Shown: positions 25,832-38,132 of the stretch, piece by piece
Layout of the letters: each line of letters opens with the position of its first letter
How positions within the stretch are numbered: position 1 is the stretch's first letter
NCBI RefSeq assembly: GCF_964355755.1
Contig: NC_092672.1
Coordinates: 27,844,437 to 27,908,436 of the forward strand
Length of the DNA: 64,000 nt
From: Antedon mediterranea
Lineage: Eukaryota; Animalia; Echinodermata
Reading direction: 5' to 3'
Notes under the pieces: model-generated
Told to the model about the DNA's origin: nothing
Database searches by the model: none
Seen by the model: only the letters and a program-made list of their open reading frames with translations
Program-made: the position numbers and the translations under genes

Positions 25832-26730
25832 TTTTTTAATTCAAATGAATGTTGTATAGTAAAATATGCAGATGACACAGTCATCACTGGATACATTACT
25901 GGCAATGATGAAACAAGCTATAGACAACTAGGATGTGATTTTTATCACTGGTGCTGCAATAACAACCTGAAACTAAACATAAAGAAAACAAAAGAAATGC
26001 AAATTGATTTTAGGAAAATTAAAGAACCCTTAGAACCTCTGATTATAAATGAAAATGAGATTGAAGTAGTAAATGAGTACAAATATCTGGGTTGTATAAT
26101 TGACAATAAGCTAAATTGGATATATAATAATGTAAATAAAGCCACATGCAAAGCCAACCAAAGGATGTTTATTTTAAGAAAAATGAAGTACCTACAAATT
26201 GACAAAACTATACTTAAATTGTTTTATAACTCTGTAATTCTCAGTGTAATACTTTTTTGTAATGTTTGTTTTTATGGTAATACAATGCAAAAAGATAAAA
26301 TTAAACTTAATCGAATAGGAAATAGAGCAATTAGACTAGTAGGAGAGCACTTACCTGATGTTGAATCCTTGTATAAAGAAAATGTGTTAAAAAAAGTAAA
26401 AAGTATCATTGATGATGAAACACATCCTCTTCACAAACAATTTGCTCTCATGAATTCTGGCATAAGACTACGTGCATTTAATACCAAAACAAAACGGTTT
26501 AGGTGCTCGTTTGTACCTAATGCTATACACTTATATAACTCCAGAGTACAAAGGTAAAATGTAACCAATAATTTTTATCTAATTTTAACAATTTTTAGCC
26601 TCTTAACTTTTTGTGTGTGTTTTTGTAAATTGTATTTTATATTTTTGTATTTTGCCAGTTTTCAAATCACATTTCTGTTTTTTAAATGGACAATAAAGTA
26701 TATATGACTATATGACTATGACTATGACTT
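25832..26730 (+). mobile_element. 5'-truncated Rex1/Babar (CR1-group)-like LINE; RT C-terminal ORF 25832-26557 plus 3' tail
   Basis: Open frame KYADDTVI...LKLNIKKTKEMQIDFRK...YKYLG..IDNKLNW...QRMFILRKM...HPLH...KTKRFRCSFVPNAI; AATAAA followed by a (TATGAC)n tail at ~26692-26730. Confidence 0.85.
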
Positions 26731-29700
26731 TTTATTATGTATGCAGGCATCTGACAACAGATATATGATGTCATGATAATTGAATGCAAAAACAAGAAAC
26801 AATTAAATAAATTATGCCGTATAAAACCATACATCATTATGGTACCACAGGCTCTTTTTATTATAATAACTGAACCAGGTCAAATTGTCTTACACAAATA
26901 ATTGAAACGTCATTATGCCATTTAATTTTGAATATCATTGTGCATCCATGCTTAATGCACTCTTTACGGGTGGTTGGTTCCAAAGAAATGCATAACGAAT
27001 ATTGGTCTGACTTGGAACTATTGTTATTTAATGACACTATGTGTCGCATAAAGAGATATGAAAGGAAACTATAATTATAGTACCTACAGTACGTACCAAA
27101 GTAGCTTGATTCATGTGCAAGCTATTCAAACGAACCCGCATGCACATTACAGGTTGTAAACAGACAATAGTAGCCTATACTTACATTTTGTACATATTTA
27201 CAACTCGTTCTTTCAATTTGATTATATGCAGTCCTACCAAACGGAAAAGTGATAATATATCACTTACGTGCATTAATTATCAACATTTATAACTGAAAAG
27301 TCAGGGGCAGTCGCGGGACTATTTTAAGCTGACGTTCAGTTTTCTGTAAACATTTTTGCGACTTTTTGCCACGCGACGTTGACTGATCGCGTTCGGAAAT
27401 ATTAATTTGATTCGTTGTCTATTGTTCTCCGCGTCTACCTCTGGAACTGCCCTTTTAATCTCTAGCTTCCCGGCCTAGCATTCGTCAATGATTTACGCCA
27501 GTGGTCTAACATCTGAATATCAGAATATTGGGTTCAAATCTTGGTTGAAGTGACTTTTTTTTATTCTCACAGATTTCCATGATATCTTTATACAAAAAGA
27601 TCAAACAGATGAGTATATACGACTTATATCCGCCATATAGATATGTTCATTTGTTTAAAAATGTTAATGTTGATAACAGTATTATTATTATTTACCACAA
27701 CATAAGCTTTCACTGTATAATTATGACATAAACATGTTTGCGTAAAATGTTAATATAAATTTAAATGCAGGCAAAATTATCAAAAAGGCCTACCTTTCGA
27801 ATAGTTTTTTTCATTTTAAACTTACAAAAAAAGTCATTAAAAATACTACTCGACCAAAGAAAACATTCAATTGACTATCAACACTTAACTATATAGTTTT
27901 AGCTCAGCACATTCATAAGGTATAACATTAACTCGGACTTCATGAACGTCCACATTCCCATTTTGGACATGGCAGACTATCTTAGTCTCACTACAGAACC
28001 TGATCAACAGAAACAAATTAATCCAGCACAGCATAATTATTTTGTGAACCTTTGACGTAAAAACTTGATTAATGGAAAACAAGGAACTAAGCAAAATACT
28101 TTTGTGACAACTGGCTCTCACAAAAATACGAAACAAGTTTAGTGTCAAATGCCATTTTATTTGATAATGACGCAAAGTAGGAAAGCAATAAAAATTACGA
28201 GAGAATTGATCTTCCCTACGAAATGTGGGTTCACTCTTTGCCCTTAAATTACAGGTTAAACATGTATAATAATAATTGATCGAATAGAAACATAAACATT
28301 GAAATCAAAACTGTAGTTAACACAGTAGTTTAAATTAATATAAAATAAAATATAATGATATAATGATACATGCTTATAATCGTGGGTGCCAAAAAGGCCA
28401 AACTTATAAAACACCGTACAATAACACCGGTGGAGTAAGGGGTGGAGGCGGGAAATTATTTTATACAGCAAACTTAATAAATGCGATGTTTGTCCGGAGA
28501 CGGTTATGAAGCGAATGTCGTGCTTCAGAATTAAACCACACGCCTAGAATTTAATGAGTTTACCAGTCATACTTTGAATACCATTCTACCCTGAGGATAT
28601 CATAAATTGCCTGCGGACGTGTTACTAAATATTTTAGCTCCGCATAATGAAGATACGTGTAGCTCAGGATATAATAATATAATAAGCTTTTTGTGAAGTT
28701 ACCAATACATCAATTTTTTTGAAAACCCGTTAGGAATCTTTTGTACGGGACGATAACTTAGTGGACCATAACAGTACAAACAAACAACAGACCAATTGTA
28801 CTAAACATGAAGTATAAGACTAGAGATGCACATTCAACAAAAACGTTGGCCTTTGAGAAGTGTCTGTGTGTGTCTTTGAACTGCCAACTAACGGAGGCTG
28901 TCCCACCATGCACAACCTCTATTGTTTTCTCGACTTTTTTTCTTATTACTATTGGTTGGTTTGAAATTTGCTATAGAAAGGCGATGAGGTAAGAAAAGAA
29001 AAGACATTTTGAAACGCGGCCTTTTCGGAATGATGCAAAGTTTAGATACTGTAAATGTAATCTTTCTTCTTATTAAAGGTCGGGCGCCTTAGGTAGCTTG
29101 TCATGTTTCGACAGTTTTAATGATGGATTAATTAACCGTTCACTAGAATTGAACTCATAAATCTATAGGATTCTTAAAACCTACTTTAGTCGTCACACTT
29201 TTAGCCATTTCTTATTTCGATCATACTTGAAATGTCGTTTGTCAAATTCTATCCTCTCTCGTTTGATTATTTTGAACACTTAGTTTATGTTTATCATTCA
29301 ATTTATCAATCAACCAAAGAAGCATTTATTTAGTTTCAAATATTTTAAAATAGTTTAATAGTGTAGACAGAGCTTTATGCGGTGTTATGAAAGTTCTGTA
29401 GGACTATAGTAGGTTAATGAATGTGGTGATCTATGCTTAGACCTACCTGAATTTATATCTAAGCCTGTAATTTCAGCTGTGTAATTTTTACTATAATCAA
29501 ATGTACAATTATCAGTGGCACAACTGGAGATTCAACCTGAAATATAAATCATAAAATGGGTTTGCCCAGCCTTTATTAAAATCATTGAAAATGAAAACAA
29601 TGTGCGATGGTGTTTGGTTCGTAGACGCAACACAAGTTTACCAATGATGAGCGACAGTTGCAGTGGCGGTTGCGAGGGCAGTTGGAGTACCGGCAGCAGC

Positions 29701-32279
29701 GGCAACGGCGGCAGCAGCGGTGGCACAGCAGCAACAGCAGTAACAGTAATATAGTTAAACTTTGATGAATGCGGGTATCGTAGGTATTCAAAATAGGTGC
29801 AAGGACTAGTACACCGTCAACGTCTGTGGAAGCTGTAATAGCTACATCATCTCCTACTAACCTTGCACCATTAACATGCATTAAATCATTCAGATAACAT
29901 TTTTTTAGGGAATAGGTTTACTCCAATAATAAATACAATGATAAATAAAAATACCAGCAGGGTTGGGATGAATTTTAGAGTAGGAGGTTATAGAGGTTCT
30001 TGTAAGAAAAAAATAAATAATGAGAGTAATATTGACTGAAAGAGCTCTAAGACTAGAGTATCGAGGTCGAGATTAAATCTGTGTTTAGGGATGGAAGCAG
30101 GACATAAAGAGTTAGTTGACAATCAAATTCAGGAAGATGTGCAAGTCCGCTGTGGTTTCTTTCATTACCACATACAAGATAATTACTCTCATCAAGGAAA
30201 ATCTGCCTTGGTCTCAGGTACAAACACAATCAAACATTGCCTTAACTCTATAAGTTCATGATTACCACCATATTCAGTCCATTCAATCTTCCAGTCAATA
30301 GATGAGCATGTTAACGTCTTCTCTACAGCCACCAGTCCAGTGGCAAAATCCCCTCCAAGCGTTTCTTTCATTTGGTGAGCTGAATATGCGACATCCACAG
30401 ATATGGTAATTAAAAACACACGCAAACTAAATGTATATAAACTTTCAAGTAGTATTAAGGTGTAATGAAAAGACTAAACTAAAGTGTTAAAAACAGACGA
30501 GAGAGAATTGTTTAGTAATATTAAATTCTATTTATCATTTAAAAATTTGAAATATAAGTTCTACAGAAGGCTCTTAATTATTGCACTATGCTATTTTACT
30601 GCAGCTCAAAATAGGCCTATAGTACATTCTACAGTATAGTAGTTGTGTATGCTTGAAAGTAGCTGTGTATGCTTGATGGTGGCTGTTGTGCACTATGTCT
30701 TGACTAACCGATCATTTATTACGTCTTCGTCAAGATCATAACCATCGTGGCTGGTCGTTTTACCTTTATTGGTTTCGTAGGCTATCAAAATAAAGTGCCC
30801 ATATAGATTAAAGATGACCTTACCATAGCTTCTATCACCCCACTTTATCATAAAACTACCAGAGAGAGGTTTCGAGGCTGCTATCAACCTTTCAATAGAA
30901 ATCGTTGTCCCTTTCTGCCAATTATTGCTGCTAAATTCGACGTAATCACTCTCATCTTCAACAGATAATCCATGTTTGATGGTTGCAGTGGAGGAGAGGG
31001 AACCCGTAGGTATAGTTTGCTGGTAATAGGTTGATGTTAAAGCGGTTGGTGTCTTTGGTAACGCAAACTTCGGTAACTATAATATCGTTCGGTCGTGCTG
31101 CAGAACGAGTGGGTGTATCTGGGAAAAAAACCAACATTAGTGTCCAAACAGTGCCAGTTTTCACCTAACCATTTATTAAATATTGTAAGTATGTCACAGT
31201 AGAATGGATGCAGACGGTAGGATACTGACATTTTTGAGAAAGTGAAAAGTTTACTTGTTTGTGTTACCTTGGCGAATGTCAATCAATGTACAATCAACTC
31301 CACAAAAGAAGTGACTATAGCTGAATTATTATTATTAGGTTTACATGCTTCTTCCTAAAGCTTGGTTCCCACTAGAACGTAACGCAACGCAAGCGTTTTA
31401 ACCAATGACAAGCGAAGTTATAGACAGTTAGCAATCATTTAATTTCATTTCATTATTTATTTGGTCTATTTAAGTATATACAAAACAAAAAAAACTGAAA
31501 TTGGGGAGACCAGGGTCAACCTAAGTGAACTTAATCACTGTAGCTGAGCCGGTTGACCCAACCCCAAAGTCAGTTTACACATAAAAGACATAAAGACAAA
31601 ATACAGTTACAGCGAAGGTTGTTTCATAAACAACAAAATAATAAAAAATAAAAATGTCCAGTAATTGAAAATGAAAATGTGAATCTAACATGTCTATTCT
31701 GGCGGAGGTTATGTGGTCGATCGCGTGTGATTATTTCTTTCTATATTTGTTAGCAGGATTACTCAAAAGTTACTGCCCGATATTTTCATAAGATTCAGCT
31801 GTATAGGAACAGGATAACTATTTACACGCCTAATACATGTTTTAGTCGCATGTATATGTATATGTCCTTGTTATGTGAAAAAACACTTACTTATAGTAAG
31901 TACATGGCTGCTACTCAATAGCACTCTCATTGTTCTATTATTATTTGTTTGTTTTACATTTTTATTTGATTTTCTTCTTCGCTTCGCTTTGAGTCTGATA
32001 AAGTAGAAGAGACAAAACAAAACTATTAACTTACCAAGTTTCAAAAGCATACAGATGAAGATAAGCAAAATAATAAAGCGTGTCGACATCATGTCGGTAT
32101 TATATTCAGTGTAAAATATTTATCGGTCGAAAAACAATATATTTTATCAAAGAAACATATAAATATATTTTACGCAGAGCAAGACACTCACTCAAATGGT
32201 AAAAATGATCAAATGATCAAGCTTTAAGTAATACTACTACAATACAGTAATACTCTCCCAGGTAAAAATTCCAGTTGAG

Positions 32280-32700
32280 AACAGTTGGAAATTTCAACTG
32301 GTCCAACTGGTCTTCAACTGGTCTAACTGGTTTCCAACTGGTTCAACTGGTTTTAACAACTGGTCAACTGGTTTTTCAACTGGTCTAACTGGTTTTTCCA
32401 ACTGGTCAACTGGTTTTTCCAACTGGTCAACTGGTTTTTCAACTGGTCAACTGGTTTTTCAACTGGTCAACTGGTTTTTCAAACTGGTCAACTGGTTTTT
32501 CAACTGGTCAACTGGTTTTTCAAACTGGTCAACTGGTTTTTCAAACTGGTCAACTGGTTTTTCAACAGGTCAACTGGTTTTTCCAACTGGCCAACTGGTA
32601 TTCCCAAAGCTCAACTGAGTTCAACTAGTCAACTGGTCCAATCGGTTTTTCAACCGGGCAACTGGTTGTTTCAATTGGTTTTGCAACTAGTTTTTTTCCT
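32280..32700. repeat. Subterminal (CAACTGGT..)n array of the EnSpm-like element
   Basis: Dozens of caactgg motifs; a related array occurs at 43320-43590. Confidence 0.85.
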
Positions 32701-33354
32701 AACAACCAAGGGAATTCGGAGAAGAGCGAAAGCGGATGGCTGGGTGTACGTCGTGGGAGTACGGGAGGACCCAGGGGAGAGGTGGGGGGGGGGGTGTTCT
32801 GGGTTGAGGTGACGGGAATAGAAGCATGGTCCGTAATTACCATTCAAAATATAATTAATATTATTATTTGTAATCCTATATTATTGCAACAAACAATTAT
32901 TTAAATTAAATCAAATAAAATCGAGTAAAGAAATAAGAAATTCTGCACAACTTTTTGAAAATAATGGAGCATGCGTCGTATAGGCCGGCAGACCGTAAAC
33001 AGCCAATCAGAAAACTGCAAGCCAACAGCCAAAAACGGCTCCCTTTGTTTTTGTGCCAGTGTAGCTCGGCGGCAAAATCGACGATCACGCAGCACAGAGA
33101 TGCCAGGTCTAGAATGGGTATTATTGGCTAATCGCATCAAATTAAGGATGAGGCACACATCTTGCTGTTTTATAAAAGGTAGGCCTGACATATATGTCTA
33201 TTATTATCTCTTATTACTATAGGCATAGGCCTACAAACTATGATCAAAGATCGACAACAAAATCATATGGAGGCCTCGCCGCTCGCTGCTGGCTAGTATT
33301 AGTAAGCTAGGCGCTTCAGCCTTGGCTTGCCCCACCTTGCTAGCTGATTGATTA

Positions 33355-33652
33355 TGTTGTGATTTTAGGTCGGTGCTGAAATGGCCTGATAATGAAAGCT
33401 ACTAGGCTTACCTTAACAGTCCCGCCTGTCCTAAATCACACAAGTATCCGTAAGCAGTAAATCCAAATATCTTGGTCAATTCCGGTTGTGTCCGTTTCTC
33501 CTTGGTTCCTGCCTCGAATAGATCGGTTCGGCCGGCGTCAAGGCCCCACGTTAACATTTGCATACCCCCTGTATGCAAATCAAGCTATCGGGGCGACGCC
33601 CTCGTTCGGTTGGAGGGGTGGTCTGTTTACCCAGCGGGCGCCGTTCACAACA
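33355..33652 (-). repeat. Gypsy 3' LTR
   Basis: 298 bp; appears identical to 40857-41154; PPT adjacent at 33653-33662. Confidence 0.95.
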
Positions 33653-33884
33653 CTCCTCCCGTGTTTGAAAAGCGGGCACCCCGTCCTGGGTCCACCTCGG
33701 GGGTAAACCAGGTGATTTTCGTACGTGAAAAAATACCCGATACCCGTAGCTATGTAGACTGCTCCCAACGATCTCTTCAGACAGTCAATGGCCGTGGGAC
33801 ATGCCGGTAGCACCGTCCCCTGCTTCCGTCAGCAAACGGCACCTGGTCCCTGTCTGAGAGGGAAGAGAGAATAAACGCGAGTAC

Positions 33885-36800
33885 CTAATTATTAACCGAG
33901 GACTTGCAGTCCGCACATCGATATAAGTCGATGTCCAAAGCCTCAGATGGTGCAATATTCACACATGCACCATGGTACCACACCTCGCAATAGTCACATT
34001 GTATCATAAATGAGCCGGCCCAGGGCTGGCGACATAGACAATACAACGGTCCTGCATCCGGATCTGTAGGTGAAGAGAGAGGGGGTAAATGAAAATCAGC
34101 CAGCCATTTGGGAAGTTGTCGATCCCGACAGGGCTTCAGCTTATCATGATTTAACACCACCGTCTTATTTCTCAGCTGCACCTGAAATAAACAAGAACTA
34201 ATAACGTTAGTAATAATACCGGGCCCCTTCCAGGGGGGACACAATTTCTTGCACTTCCCCCGAGGGGTAGCGTTGTCAAGAACGTAGACTTTGTCCCCAC
34301 ATTGGTATGGACGTTCCAGCACTCGAAGATCATAGTCCCGTTTCATTCTCTTCTGAGTCTGCTTTAGCGTATCCCTAGCGATGCCATGGGCATCACGGGT
34401 CGCTTTCACCAAATCTGCAACGTAGATAGCGGCTTCCTGCTCATTAGTGGACCGGCATTCTCCGAACATGAGATCAGCTGGTAAATTAACCTCTCGGCCC
34501 AGCATCAGCATGTTTGGAGTAAAACCAGTCGAGCGGTTCACCGTGGCGCGTAGTGCACCAGCAATCTGCGGGAGATAGACATCCCAGTCTCGTTGTCTCT
34601 TCCCAACGAAGCATCGTACAGCATCCATAAGTGTTCGATTAAATCGCTCTACTTGACCATTAGCCGACGGTCGGTAGCTTGTCGTCCGGGTCTTGTGGAT
34701 CTGTAAAACTCTACATAAAGATGCAAACAATTCACTCTCAAAATTTCTCCCCTGGTCTGAGTGTAACTGAAAAGGTACACCGAATCTAGAGAAGAAGTCC
34801 CTTACTAGGGCTCTAGCGGTTACCTCCGCAACCTGAGACGGGAGCGGGCTGATCTCAACCCATTTTGTGAATTGGTCGACCATCATAAGAACGTAAATAT
34901 TCCCCTGTTCAGTTTTTGGTAACGGGCCGAGGAAATCGATATGTACGCGTTCCATGGGAACGCCGGCCTGGAATTCAGTCAACCGATGTCGACCTTGCCG
35001 AGTAGCCTTCTTGCTTCTATTACAAATGTTGCAAGTCTGTACATACCTCTGTATATCCCCGCCCATACCGTACCAGAAAAACTTCTCCTTCAATCGGAAC
35101 TTGGTCCGGGCGACCCCTTGATGACCCGCCGACGGCAAATCATGATGTAACCTAAAAGCTACGGCGTGTAGCTCCTTGGGCAACACAAGTAGTCGTCCGG
35201 TACCCTCTGCTTGGTTGATGAACAGTATACCTGCCTCCGTGAGATGCAAGCGTTGCCTGTTCAGCCAGTAGTGTTTGGTGGCAGCGCTGGAGATAAACAG
35301 CTGATTCTCGGAGGGTTCCCCATTCTGCAACCAGTCCAGAACAGGTGCCAAGTCAGGATCACTCGTTTGATGTTGCCGTAGCTCATCCAGTGAGTAACCC
35401 CAACACTCGGCTCCCTTCGGCCGTAGCTGTACTGCAGCCACTCGTCCACCATCATCGTCCTGTAGGAAAGAAAACTGAATCGTACCGTTAGTAGCAGTCC
35501 GTGATACCTCTATACTTACTTGTCCACCGGGGTCCCAAGGAACATCGTCCCCTGGCAGAGTACCCTCCAGGTGGTCCACGGCTACCTGGTGTACGTGCGC
35601 GATGGGCACAACGTCGTCCACTTCATCCTGGAACGCTGACCATCTCGCATCCGCTCGTTGACAGTACGAACAGCCCCCACAGGGAAGCCCTTCAAGCGCA
35701 GGCCGTTCGTGGCTACTGTCATGAGTTTCGGGCCGGCGAGACAGAGCATCGGCGTTGCCATGGTGTTGCCCTCGGCGGTGTTCAATCAACAGGTGGTACT
35801 GGCTCAACTCCTCAATCCACCGAGCGAGTTGCCCCTGTGGCTGCTTGAAGTTGAGGAGCCAGGTCAGGCTATTGTGATCAGTCCGCACTCTAAAAGGTCT
35901 GCCTAGAAGGTAGTGCCTAAAATGCCTTGTCATGAACACAATTGCTAGCAACTCCTTGCGTGTAGTGCAATAGTTCCGTTGTTCATGAGTTAGACGAGCA
36001 CTTGCGTATGCAATTACCTTCTCCTTACCTTCCTGCACCTGGAGCAGCTCGCCTCCTAGCGCTTGATCCGAAGCGTCGACATCCAGAATAAATTCATCAG
36101 TCCCGTTCGGCAAGGCGAGTAGAGGAGGTTTAACGAGAGCAGCTTTCAGGTCGGTGAACGCTTGTTGTTGTTCCTCATCCCAGTGAAACTTCACCTCTTT
36201 TTTAGTGAGTTCATATAGAGGTGCAGCTAAACCAGCAAAGTTCTCAATGAACTCTCTATGGTAATTAGCCAACCCCAAGAACTGCTGTACTTCTCTCAGA
36301 TGGGTAGGTGCCGGCCAGTCTTGAACAGCCTTTATATCCGAATCGGACACTGCCACCGTATCCTCCCCAACGATTCGCCCTAAAAATTCAACCTGTTTCT
36401 GAAAGAAAACACACTTTTTAGGTTTAAGTTTAAAGTTGTTAACACGAAATCGCTGCAGAACCTGAGAGAGGTTGCTGAGATGATCTTCAAACGTTTTACC
36501 TAGCACGACAATATCATCGAGAAATGCCAATACCGTATCCCACGCCAATCCCCGCAGCACCAAACCCATGGCACGGGAGAAGGTTGCAGGACAATTGGTA
36601 AGACCAAATGGCATTTTCACGAATTCATACAGGCCATGCTTGGTGATAAACGCTGTCTTCTTACGGTCTTCATCCTTCATCTTAATCTGCCAGTACCCCC
36701 AAATCGCGTCCAGTTTAGAAAACCAGATATTCCCCGACAGTGTGTCAAGGCAATCACGAATCAGAGGTAATGGATACGCATCTTTAGTCGTGATGTTGTT

Positions 36801-38132
36801 GAGAGCTCGATAGTCAATGCAAAAGCGCACAGAACCATCGCGCTTCCGGACCAACACAGGCGGTGACGCCCATTCGGACATGGATGGTTGAATAACACCA
36901 GCCTCCAACATCTTCTTTATCTCCTTTTCCTCCTCCCCCACAAAGCGCAGAGGAGTATGGCGGAGCCGTTGCCTGATTGGTGAGGCATCTCCAGTGTCGA
37001 TGCTGTGTTCAATATCACCAAAGGTGCCAATGTCGAACTGATGAGCGGCGAAGACATCCTGGTAATCAACCAATAGTTTAGTGAGCGCGTCAGCCTCTTC
37101 ACCTGAGAGATTAGATCTCGAAGAGTCCAACATGCCCACTAGGTGCGCCGGCACCCCCTCGGGTTGGTTACCGTCACCGTCCGCTTGATTCGACAAAGCA
37201 TCCTCGGACGGAGTCACCCCCGTCTGGAACACACTCACCCCTTCAGCTTCCCTGGCCGTACCTATCTGTCTACCCTTTTTCATAGTAAGATAGTGATCAG
37301 ATGTGTTGATGACACAGATGCATGGCGCATCAGTGCGTAGATGTAAAGTTGCCGGTATCGCCACATCGTCAGTAGTTGGAACTGGCTCTATAAAGAAATC
37401 AGGCATAGATACATTGTTAGTCACAAGTTTACATTTAACATGAGCGGCTGAGTGAGGAGGAATTACTCTCCGTTTAGCCACCGTTACCTGGGCAACCCTA
37501 GGTTCCACCGGTGAATCCCCTCTTAGAGATATGGTACTGCCCCCAATTGCCAAAAGCAAATTTCCACAATCGATAACGGCTCCCTGTGGATGAAGAAAAT
37601 CACCACCCAAGAGCATATCATCATTGATGGGGGCAACATAAAAGAATTCATGGTACTCTTTGGTTCCCAATGTAAATTGTAGCGGCCCCACCTTCGACCC
37701 TGGCATAGATGTCCCCCTCCCCGCCAAAGTAAAGGACAGGGTGGACACCACAGGTGGTGCCGGATCCAGACTTTTATAAACCTTATCGGATAGTATGGTA
37801 AAATCCGCTGCAGTATCCACGACTGCGTCAATTTTGGTACCATTGACAAAAGCAGTTGCATGCAACGCATTCAACGATTTTACCCTATTGATAACAATCC
37901 GGGTTTGAGTCTCTTCAGTTTTGGTTGTTGTCGGTGTAGATGATTCAATCAGCCCTGAGCTAATTGCAGATGGCTCAATGATCGTCACAGGATCCGGTGC
38001 TACCCCCTCTGTATCTACAGGCTTGGCCATCGGGCCTAGCTTGGGGATAGTCGACGAACCATCCTCTTTCTGGCCAGCTTCTGGAACCGGGTTAGGTCGT
38101 CGGCCCTCTGACCCAACCCTTACTCGTTTAAC
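33885..38132 (-). CDS. pol: Gypsy Pol (protease, RT, RNase H, integrase, C-terminal PHD finger), expressed by -1 frameshift from gag
   Basis: VDTAAD protease; FCIDYR, FSKLDAIWGYWQI, MPFGL and AFLDD (RT); LDVDAS..ELLA..RTDH (RNase H); HH..GH..CNIC zinc finger plus HIDF/HSDQGRNFES/VERFNRT (integrase); LYCLCRQPW..FMIQCDYCEVWYHGACV..YRCADC (PHD). The frame is open from the slippery site at 38132; first ATG at 38030. Confidence 0.95.
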   Translation of the reverse strand, partial: VKRVRVGSEGRRPNPVPEAGQKEDGSSTIPKLGPMAKPVDTEGVAPDPVTIIEPSAISSGLIESSTPTTTKTEETQTRIVINRVKSLNALHATAFVNGTKIDAVVDTAADFTILSDKVYKSLDPAPPVVSTLSFTLAGRGTSMPGSKVGPLQFTLGTKEYHEFFYVAPINDDMLLGGDFLHPQGAVIDCGNLLLAIGGSTISLRGDSPVEPRVAQVTVAKRRVIPPHSAAHVKCKLVTNNVSMPDFFIEPVPTTDDVAIPATLHLRTDAPCICVINTSDHYLTMKKGRQIGTAREAEGVSVFQTGVTPSEDALSNQADGDGNQPEGVPAHLVGMLDSSRSNLSGEEADALTKLLVDYQDVFAAHQFDIGTFGDIEHSIDTGDASPIRQRLRHTPLRFVGEEEKEIKKMLEAGVIQPSMSEWASPPVLVRKRDGSVRFCIDYRALNNITTKDAYPLPLIRDCLDTLSGNIWFSKLDAIWGYWQIKMKDEDRKKTAFITKHGLYEFVKMPFGLTNCPATFSRAMGLVLRGLAWDTVLAFLDDIVVLGKTFEDHLSNLSQVLQRFRVNNFKLKPKKCVFFQKQVEFLGRIVGEDTVAVSDSDIKAVQDWPAPTHLREVQQFLGLANYHREFIENFAGLAAPLYELTKKEVKFHWDEEQQQAFTDLKAALVKPPLLALPNGTDEFILDVDASDQALGGELLQVQEGKEKVIAYASARLTHEQRNYCTTRKELLAIVFMTRHFRHYLLGRPFRVRTDHNSLTWLLNFKQPQGQLARWIEELSQYHLLIEHRRGQHHGNADALSRRPETHDSSHERPALEGLPCGGCSYCQRADARWSAFQDEVDDVVPIAHVHQVAVDHLEGTLPGDDVPWDPGGQVSIEVSRTATNGTIQFSFLQDDDGGRVAAVQLRPKGAECWGYSLDELRQHQTSDPDLAPVLDWLQNGEPSENQLFISSAATKHYWLNRQRLHLTEAGILFINQAEGTGRLLVLPKELHAVAFRLHHDLPSAGHQGVARTKFRLKEKFFWYGMGGDIQRYVQTCNICNRSKKATRQGRHRLTEFQAGVPMERVHIDFLGPLPKTEQGNIYVLMMVDQFTKWVEISPLPSQVAEVTARALVRDFFSRFGVPFQLHSDQGRNFESELFASLCRVLQIHKTRTTSYRPSANGQVERFNRTLMDAVRCFVGKRQRDWDVYLPQIAGALRATVNRSTGFTPNMLMLGREVNLPADLMFGECRSTNEQEAAIYVADLVKATRDAHGIARDTLKQTQKRMKRDYDLRVLERPYQCGDKVYVLDNATPRGKCKKLCPPWKGPGIITNVISSCLFQVQLRNKTVVLNHDKLKPCRDRQLPKWLADFHLPPLSSPTDPDAGPLYCLCRQPWAGSFMIQCDYCEVWYHGACVNIAPSEALDIDLYRCADCKSSVNN
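38089..38132 (-). promoter_or_regulatory. -1 ribosomal frameshift signal (G_TTA_AAC plus stem-loop)
   Basis: GTTAAAC at 38132-38126, a 6-nt spacer, then GGGTTGGGTC pairing with GACCTAACCC. The -1 frame is closed by TGA four codons upstream and runs open into pol downstream. Confidence 0.75.

Noticed and set aside
27480-27580. tRNA-like sequence with B-box gggttcaaatc
   Set aside because: It cannot be folded into a cloverleaf; at best a decayed SINE head.
33472-33813. ORFs in the Gypsy LTR/3' UTR (possible env or antisense gene)
   Set aside because: They are short, have no signal peptide or TM pattern, and diverge from the 40974 copy exactly at the LTR edge.
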